NCBI GenBank assembly: GCA_044222185.1
Contig: JBGANV010000002.1
Location: 128,001-192,000, forward strand
Origin: Planctomycetota bacterium
Lineage (GTDB): Bacteria; Planctomycetota; GCA-002687715; CAIWVZ01
Direction: 5' to 3'
Length of the DNA: 64,000 bases
In this document: one piece after another, positions 58,396-64,000 of the stretch
Numbering within the stretch: position 1 is the stretch's first letter
How the letters are laid out: every line of letters starts with the position of its first letter
The notes under the pieces: model-generated
The model's input: only the letters and a program-made list of their open reading frames with translations
Databases searched by the model: none
Told to the model about the DNA's origin: nothing
Program-made: the position numbers and the translations under genes

Positions 58396-59097
58396 ATGCC
58401 TTACCCAACCCGCTTCACCGTCGCAGACGCCTTGGCCGATGTCCTCACCGTCGTCGAGTCCGTCGTAGGCGAGCGCACGCCCCAGGTCCGCGTCGCGCGA
58501 CGCAAGCTTACGGCGGCGTTGAAGGAGGCACCGGGGACCGCCGTCCTCGACATCGCCCAGGGCCTCGTCGACACGGGGCGTTGGCCGCACCTCGCGGTCG
58601 CCTACGAGCTCATCGAGAGCCACCCCGGAGCGCGCGAGTCGATCAACGCACGGCGCATCACCGCGCTCGGCAAGCACCTGCGCGACTGGTGCTCGGTCGA
58701 CACCTTCGGGACGTCGGTCACTGGCCAGGCCTGGCGCGAGGGCCGGATCACCGACTCCGTCGTCGAGCGATGGACGAAATCCGATGACCGCTGGTGGCGC
58801 CGCCTCGCACTCGTCTCGACGGTGCCATTGAACACGAAGGCTCGCGGTGGAACCGGCGATACGGCACGCACGCTCGCCATCTGCAAGCGCCTCCTCGCCG
58901 ATCGCGACGACATGGTCGAGAAGGCGCTGTCGTGGGCTCTGCGAGAACTCGCCAAGCGTGATGCACGCGCGGTCGCCCGATTCGTCGCCGACCACGAGGG
59001 CCGCCTCGCGGCGCGCGTCCGCCGCGAGGTCGACAACAAGCTGCGCACGGGGCTGAAGAGCGGCGCCACGCGCAAGCGGCGCGTCAGTAGACCGTGA
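58396..59097 (+). CDS. DNA alkylation repair protein (AlkD-like)
   Basis: DWCSVDTF, W..SDDRWWRR, DRDDMVEKALSWALRELAK, VRREV.NKL.TG.K. Confidence 0.85.
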   Translation: MPYPTRFTVADALADVLTVVESVVGERTPQVRVARRKLTAALKEAPGTAVLDIAQGLVDTGRWPHLAVAYELIESHPGARESINARRITALGKHLRDWCSVDTFGTSVTGQAWREGRITDSVVERWTKSDDRWWRRLALVSTVPLNTKARGGTGDTARTLAICKRLLADRDDMVEKALSWALRELAKRDARAVARFVADHEGRLAARVRREVDNKLRTGLKSGATRKRRVSRP

Positions 59098-60469
59098 GCG
59101 TGTAGATCGGGAGGCCGGCCCCGAGCGGAGCAAACACGGCCGCGAGGCTCGAGAACGCGACGCTCGACGCCAGCAGATCCATGTGGATCACGCCGAAGGG
59201 AATGCCCACGAACCCTGGCGTTCCATACAGCGGTGCGAACGGAATGCCGGCGATGGCCGCACAGGTCGGCCCCGCGGGCGGCGGCCCGCCGTAGCCGTGC
59301 GCCGCGAGGCCAGGCCCGATCCCGACCTGGTCATGCATCGCGACCGTCACCGTGTTCGCGGCGCGGTCACGCGTCACGACGATCCGGCTGTCGTCCCACA
59401 ACTCGACGGTCATCGATCGCTGGTTCGCCGTACCGGCTGCCGCGCCGAAGGTCATCACGTTCTTCCAGCGGACGATGTGGCGGGTCGGCCAGAATGGGAA
59501 CGCCGGTGCGATCTCCATCGTCAGGTCGTTGACGAGCGGCGGAGGCGGCGGAACGGCCAGATCCAGGTCGGCGTGATTGGCATCGATCCGCGGGCGCGCC
59601 GTCACGGATGCCGCGGGGCATCCGAAGTCACCGCTCGTACCCGCGAGGTCGCATCCCCCACCGGTGCCAGGCCCCGGGAGGAAGTCGATGTACCCATTGG
59701 TGTCGACCTCGCAGAGCGGAGTGGGGATCCCATAGAAGGCAAACAGCGGTGGCGTCGGCATGGGTGCCTGTCCGTCGTCAGTCGGAACAGTCGCACCGCA
59801 CGGAAGCAGCGCCGGAACGAGGGTCGCCTCCGCCGGCGACGGACCGGGGAACAGACACACGCCATTGGAGAGCGCCAGCGCACCTCCCGGCAGGCACACC
59901 ACGGCCTGAAGCGTGATCGGTCCGAGCGCTGCGGCTGCGGGCGGGTATCCGACGATCACCTCGAACTTGTTCGGGAACCCCGGATCCACGGGCGGAATGA
60001 TGGGCGGCGGACCCACGAGACCGCATCCATCGACGATCGCTCCACCGATCGCTGGAAGGATCGAGATGATCGCGGGAGTCCCGGGCCCCGCGCACGGCTG
60101 CACGAACACCGGTGCAAGCGCCGCGGGGATGTTCACGGCTCCGACGGACCAGAAGATCGTCACGGGGCTGGGCGCGCCGAGCGGTAGTGGCCCGAGTGTT
60201 CCCGCGGGAACGGAGAGCGAGATCGTGACCGTCGACCCCGGAGTCGCATGAGCACGATAGGGATTGCCCGGCGCGGGGAACGGATAGCCGATCGTATTGC
60301 CTGGCGCCCCCGGCATGTCAGCCACGGCAGCGTGTGTCGACGTCAGGTTGGCAAAGACGTCGAGATGGAAGCCGCAACTGGCCGGTCCCTGCGCAATCAC
60401 GGATTGCGCGGCAAACGTCACGAGCAGGACGTACAGACGGCGCCACGGCAAGGTGGTTGGGAGCCGCAT
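59084..60469 (-). CDS. Secreted Pro/Gly/Cys-rich hypothetical protein
   Basis: Signal peptide ending VIAQ; TDDG..P..F.FYG...VDTNGYI nidogen-like motif; LQAVV...ALSNG motif. Confidence 0.65.
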   Translation of the reverse strand: MRLPTTLPWRRLYVLLVTFAAQSVIAQGPASCGFHLDVFANLTSTHAAVADMPGAPGNTIGYPFPAPGNPYRAHATPGSTVTISLSVPAGTLGPLPLGAPSPVTIFWSVGAVNIPAALAPVFVQPCAGPGTPAIISILPAIGGAIVDGCGLVGPPPIIPPVDPGFPNKFEVIVGYPPAAAALGPITLQAVVCLPGGALALSNGVCLFPGPSPAEATLVPALLPCGATVPTDDGQAPMPTPPLFAFYGIPTPLCEVDTNGYIDFLPGPGTGGGCDLAGTSGDFGCPAASVTARPRIDANHADLDLAVPPPPPLVNDLTMEIAPAFPFWPTRHIVRWKNVMTFGAAAGTANQRSMTVELWDDSRIVVTRDRAANTVTVAMHDQVGIGPGLAAHGYGGPPPAGPTCAAIAGIPFAPLYGTPGFVGIPFGVIHMDLLASSVAFSSLAAVFAPLGAGLPIYTLTVY

Positions 60470-60729
60470 GGATTCACCCTCGTTGCAAGTCGCACGACCG
60501 TCTCGGAGGGCGGCGCGGGCGAAGTGCCCGCGGAGGGGGGATGAGACGGCTGGGCGGGAGCGTACAGACGCTCACCCACGAAGATCAAAGGAATTCGCGG
60601 CGGAGCGCGCGATCGGCACCGGAGACGCGGATGCTCACCTCGCGGATGTCGAAGCGTGGCGCGAAGTTCGCGAACGGGCGGCGGCTTCGCCGACTCGACG
60701 AGAAAGTGACCGACGACGCGCGGCGGCGA

Positions 60730-62244
60730 TCACCAGCTGCGGTCGATCAGACGAAGCGGCGCGGAGGCCACGTGCTCCGTGAGCAGCAGATGCGCGCAAG
60801 CGCCTTCGATGATGCCCGGCAACGCATCGGGGAACCCGAGCTCCTTCGCCGCATCCGTCGTCGTCGCCGCGAGCGCCACGTCGAACGGCAGCGCTTCCTC
60901 CGCGAAGAACGGCGCCTCTCCGGGGTGGTCGGGACGACTTCGATTCACGGTGATGTGCAGGTTGAGGAACGGGTCCGGCTCCTCGACGGGTGCATCGGTA
61001 CCCAGGACGATCGGTACGCCGCGACGATGAAGGCTCGCGCAGCGGAAGCTCCGATGCGCTCGCGGGCCGAGACCGGCGTGCGCGATCTCAACGTCCGAGT
61101 GGAGGTGGACGGGCTGCATCGACGCGACGGCGCCCGTCTGCGCGAGACGGTCCAGATCCTCGTCCGCGATCGTCTGCGCGTGTTCGACGCGCGGTCGGAT
61201 CGAAGCGGGGAACGGCCCGATCGCGAGCAACGTGTCGATGAGCATGCGCACGGCGGCATCGCCGATGGCGTGGACCATGGGCCGCAGACCATGCTCGCGG
61301 CAGAGCGTCAACTCTTCCTGGATTCGCTTGCGGTCGTAGAGCATGGTGCCGCGGGACTGGGGTCGATCGCAGTAGCACTCGAGCATGGCGGCCGTGCGTG
61401 AGCCGAGCGCGCCGTCGAGGAAGAACTTCACTCCTCCGAGCTTCAGGCGTTCGCTTCCTTCGCCGCTCCGACGAGCCGCGTGGATCGCGCGGTGGAGGTC
61501 GCGCGCGGGGATCGCCGTCGCGACGAACATGCGCAGTCGACCTTCCTCTTCGAGGCCGCGCCAGCCTTCCTCGGTGTCCGGGTCCATGTCTTGCGCGACG
61601 ACGATCCCGCGGCGCAGGAAATCGTCCTGCGCCAGCGACAGGTCATCCTTCCATTGCTCGAACGTTCGCTTGGGCAGGACGCGCTGCACGAGCTGCACGG
61701 CATTCTCGAACAGGAGGCCCGTGGGTTCGCCGCGGTCGTCCTTGGCGATGATGCCGCCCGCGGGCGCCGTGGTCGCGCGATCGACGTGAGCGAGGGTCAG
61801 GGCCCGCGAGTTCAGCCAGCACGCGTGTTCGTCGTGGGACGCGAGGTAGACCGGATGGTCCTTCGTCGCTTCGTCCAGGCGGCGCGCGTGCGGCGCGTCG
61901 TCTTTCGCGAAGAGGTTGAGGTCGTAGCCGCGGCCGATGATCCAGCGGCCGGCCTCCGTCCGCGCCGCCACGGCGCGCACCCGGGCGATCACCTCGTCCG
62001 TCGAACGGCAACCCCGCAGTTGAGCCGCCCCGAGGAAGTTGGCCCACAAGCCGAGGTGCACGTGCGCATCGGCGAAAGCTGGAATCACCAGGTGCTCCGC
62101 CGCCGCGGACGGGCGCTCGACGGCGCGGATCGCGCGGATCACCCCGTCGCGGACGTCGACCTGCCAGGTGCCGCTTCGACCGGCGATGCGCACCGGTCCC
62201 CAGGAGAACGTTCGCAGCTGAGTCGAAGGTGGGTTCATGGACAT
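60730..62244 (-). CDS. Amidohydrolase_3 (YtcJ-like) metal-dependent hydrolase
   Basis: PAFADAHVH, WLNSRAL, PTGLLFE, KFFLDGALGSRTA, HAIGD, RVEHAQ, SMQPVH, GTDAPV. Confidence 0.93.
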   Translation of the reverse strand: MSMNPPSTQLRTFSWGPVRIAGRSGTWQVDVRDGVIRAIRAVERPSAAAEHLVIPAFADAHVHLGLWANFLGAAQLRGCRSTDEVIARVRAVAARTEAGRWIIGRGYDLNLFAKDDAPHARRLDEATKDHPVYLASHDEHACWLNSRALTLAHVDRATTAPAGGIIAKDDRGEPTGLLFENAVQLVQRVLPKRTFEQWKDDLSLAQDDFLRRGIVVAQDMDPDTEEGWRGLEEEGRLRMFVATAIPARDLHRAIHAARRSGEGSERLKLGGVKFFLDGALGSRTAAMLECYCDRPQSRGTMLYDRKRIQEELTLCREHGLRPMVHAIGDAAVRMLIDTLLAIGPFPASIRPRVEHAQTIADEDLDRLAQTGAVASMQPVHLHSDVEIAHAGLGPRAHRSFRCASLHRRGVPIVLGTDAPVEEPDPFLNLHITVNRSRPDHPGEAPFFAEEALPFDVALAATTTDAAKELGFPDALPGIIEGACAHLLLTEHVASAPLRLIDRSW

Positions 62245-62486
62245 GGATCGCGCGCTTGGGTGAGGGACTCGTCTGAGCACCTGGGGAAACGACGACAGGG
62301 ACAGCGTTTACGTCATCGCGCGCGGAGGCGTCAAGCGCCGTTGCACACCCGCCGGGCGCCGCCCGGGAATCCGGGCGCAACGGGGATCATCCAATCTCGT
62401 GCGACGTTCGCGCTCCCAGATCCGTCCGTGGATCGGAGCGCGCGGGAGTCCTCACCCGTATGCTCTCGTCGTTCAGAGGTGTCGGC

Positions 62487-63065
62487 ATGTCGGCACTGGT
62501 TCGCAGCACCCCCATCTGGAGACGCACGCTGGCCTGGAGCGTCGACTACTTCGTCGTCGCGCTCTACATGGCCGCGCTGTTCTTCTGCTTCTTCCTCCTC
62601 GACCCGCGGAACGTGGATCGCGATGGCCTCTTCGCCTCGGCGGAGCGGGCGCAGATCTCGTCGTTCCTGCTGCTCACGCTGCCCGTGGTGCTCTATGCGG
62701 CGATCACCGAGTCGTCCGCGCAACGGGGAACGCTCGGCAAGCAGGTCACGGGACTCGTCGTCGAGACCGCCGCGGGCGCGCGGCTGACGCTCGCGCGGAG
62801 CCTTCTTCGATCGACGCTCAAATTCGCGCCGTGGGAGCTTGCGCACACGTTCATCCACCGCGCCAGCCGCGTGCATTGGGAGATGGACTGGGTGCCGGCG
62901 TGGGCCAAGGCTTGCCTTTGGATCTCGCTTGGCCTCACGGCGATCTACATCACGGGCACCATGACCGGTTCGCGTCGGCCGCTCTACGACCTCATCGCCG
63001 GGACGCAGGTGAGTTTGCGCATGCCGACGGCGCCCTCGCGGCCGCGGTTGCAGTCGGCGGTGTGA
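62487..63065 (+). CDS. RDD family membrane protein
   Basis: WRRTLAWSVD, GTLGKQVTGL.V, RSLLR, RRPLYDLIAGTQV. Confidence 0.88.
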   Translation: MSALVRSTPIWRRTLAWSVDYFVVALYMAALFFCFFLLDPRNVDRDGLFASAERAQISSFLLLTLPVVLYAAITESSAQRGTLGKQVTGLVVETAAGARLTLARSLLRSTLKFAPWELAHTFIHRASRVHWEMDWVPAWAKACLWISLGLTAIYITGTMTGSRRPLYDLIAGTQVSLRMPTAPSRPRLQSAV

Positions 63066-63078
63066 TTCGCGGGGAAGG

Positions 63079-63610
63079 TCGAGAACCGCCTCGAACGAAC
63101 GGCTCTCGGCGCGGTCGTTCGCGAGGAGCGCCAGTCTTCCGCCGCCTCGGCGGAGACTGGCTGGATCCCCGCGCGTCCTCGCGCGGGCCAACTGGCGTTG
63201 ATCGCGGTTCGGTGCGAGATCACCAACGTCGGCATGATCTTCGAACGCGACGCGGCGTTTCCACATCGGCCGGACCGGACGCCTCGGCTGCGCCTCGGTC
63301 GTCCGGCGATCCCGCCACTCGCGCCGCCGCGTTCGCGGCGGGTCGAGTGGCGCTCCGTCGTCTTCGATAGGACGAACGGGGCGAGAACTGCGCACTCGAA
63401 GGGCGGAGGAGCGCCGCGTCTACCGCCGTCTCGGCGGAGACCGGCAGGATCGCCGCGCGTCTCGCGCAGGCCAGCCGGCGTCGATCGCGGGGCGGTGGGA
63501 GATCACCAACGGCCGCATGATCTTCGAATGGCCCCCAGCACGCCCGACATCGGCCGGACCGGACGCCTCGGCTGCGCCTCGGTCGAGTGGCGCTCCGTGG
63601 CTCATTTCGA
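63079..63610. repeat. Two imperfect direct copies of a palindromic non-coding element
   Basis: Copies at about 63079-63367 and 63381-63610; 39-bp exact core at 63263-63301 and 63547-63585; hairpin at 63130-63161. Confidence 0.8.
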
Positions 63611-63630
63611 GGGCGATCCGCCCCCGGCGG

Positions 63631-64000
63631 TCATCCGCTGCAGCACTTCTTGAACTTCTTCCCGCTGCCGCAGGGGCACGGATCGTTGCGACCGACTTTG
63701 ACGTCGCGCACGAACGGCGTCCGCTCGGCGGCCTCGGGCGGCTCGGAATCCTCCGGCTCATCGTCGAGCGGCCCCTCCGGCAGCCCCAAACTCGGCTCGA
63801 ACGGCGACGCGCGTCTCGGGCCGTCGTCATCCCCATCCTCGTCGAGATCGCCCTCGTCCCATTCGTCCAGAGGCTCCTCCGCGAAGCAGGGCCAGGAAGC
63901 CACCTCGGCCTCGAGGTCGTCGATCAGATCCAAGGACTCCGGCTCGAAGGAAACCCCGAAGTCGCCGACGTCGTCGGGCGACCTGTGCTGGGTTCGCCCG
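63631..64000 (-). CDS. SEC-C motif protein (probably DUF1186-type), 5' truncated
   Basis: [20 protein letters not shown]; [15 protein letters not shown] motif; frame open to the window end. Confidence 0.85.
   Translation of the reverse strand, partial: GRTQHRSPDDVGDFGVSFEPESLDLIDDLEAEVASWPCFAEEPLDEWDEGDLDEDGDDDGPRRASPFEPSLGLPEGPLDDEPEDSEPPEAAERTPFVRDVKVGRNDPCPCGSGKKFKKCCSG

Noticed and set aside
60484-60501. Sigma54-like GG...TTGC upstream of the Pro-rich gene
   Set aside because: GG-to-GC spacing is 11 nt rather than 10

Overview
High-GC bacterial window, probably from an uncultured Planctomycetota-like organism (inferred from gene style: Tat-exported Gfo/Idh/MocA protein, orphan prepilin cluster, HEAT and Pro-rich secreted proteins). 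About 45 CDS can be supported. I saw no rRNA, tRNA, CRISPR array or transposase. The main feature is a tightly packed 15-gene minus-strand unit of about 19.5 kb (29220 to 9710): diheme cytochrome c (narC-like), narG-H-J-I, two narK, a complete alternative complex III (actA-F), a CMD protein and a DcaP-like porin. Upstream of it lie a sigma54-like promoter, tandem candidate activator sites and a HAMP/PAS histidine kinase with an NtrC-type regulator. ACIII here is joined to a nitrate/nitrite oxidoreductase rather than to an O2 reductase. The rest of the window holds AlgI/AlgJ-type O-acetylation and GT-C genes, several GT4s, TerC, an SGNH-GH29 fusion, an M64 peptidase, a DUF4062-iREase-NACHT-pentapeptide-WD40 protein (candidate defence NLR), a large secreted zincin, a pseudopilin/HEAT cluster and a duplicated structured non-coding repeat. 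All family assignments come from motif recognition by eye, not from database searches.
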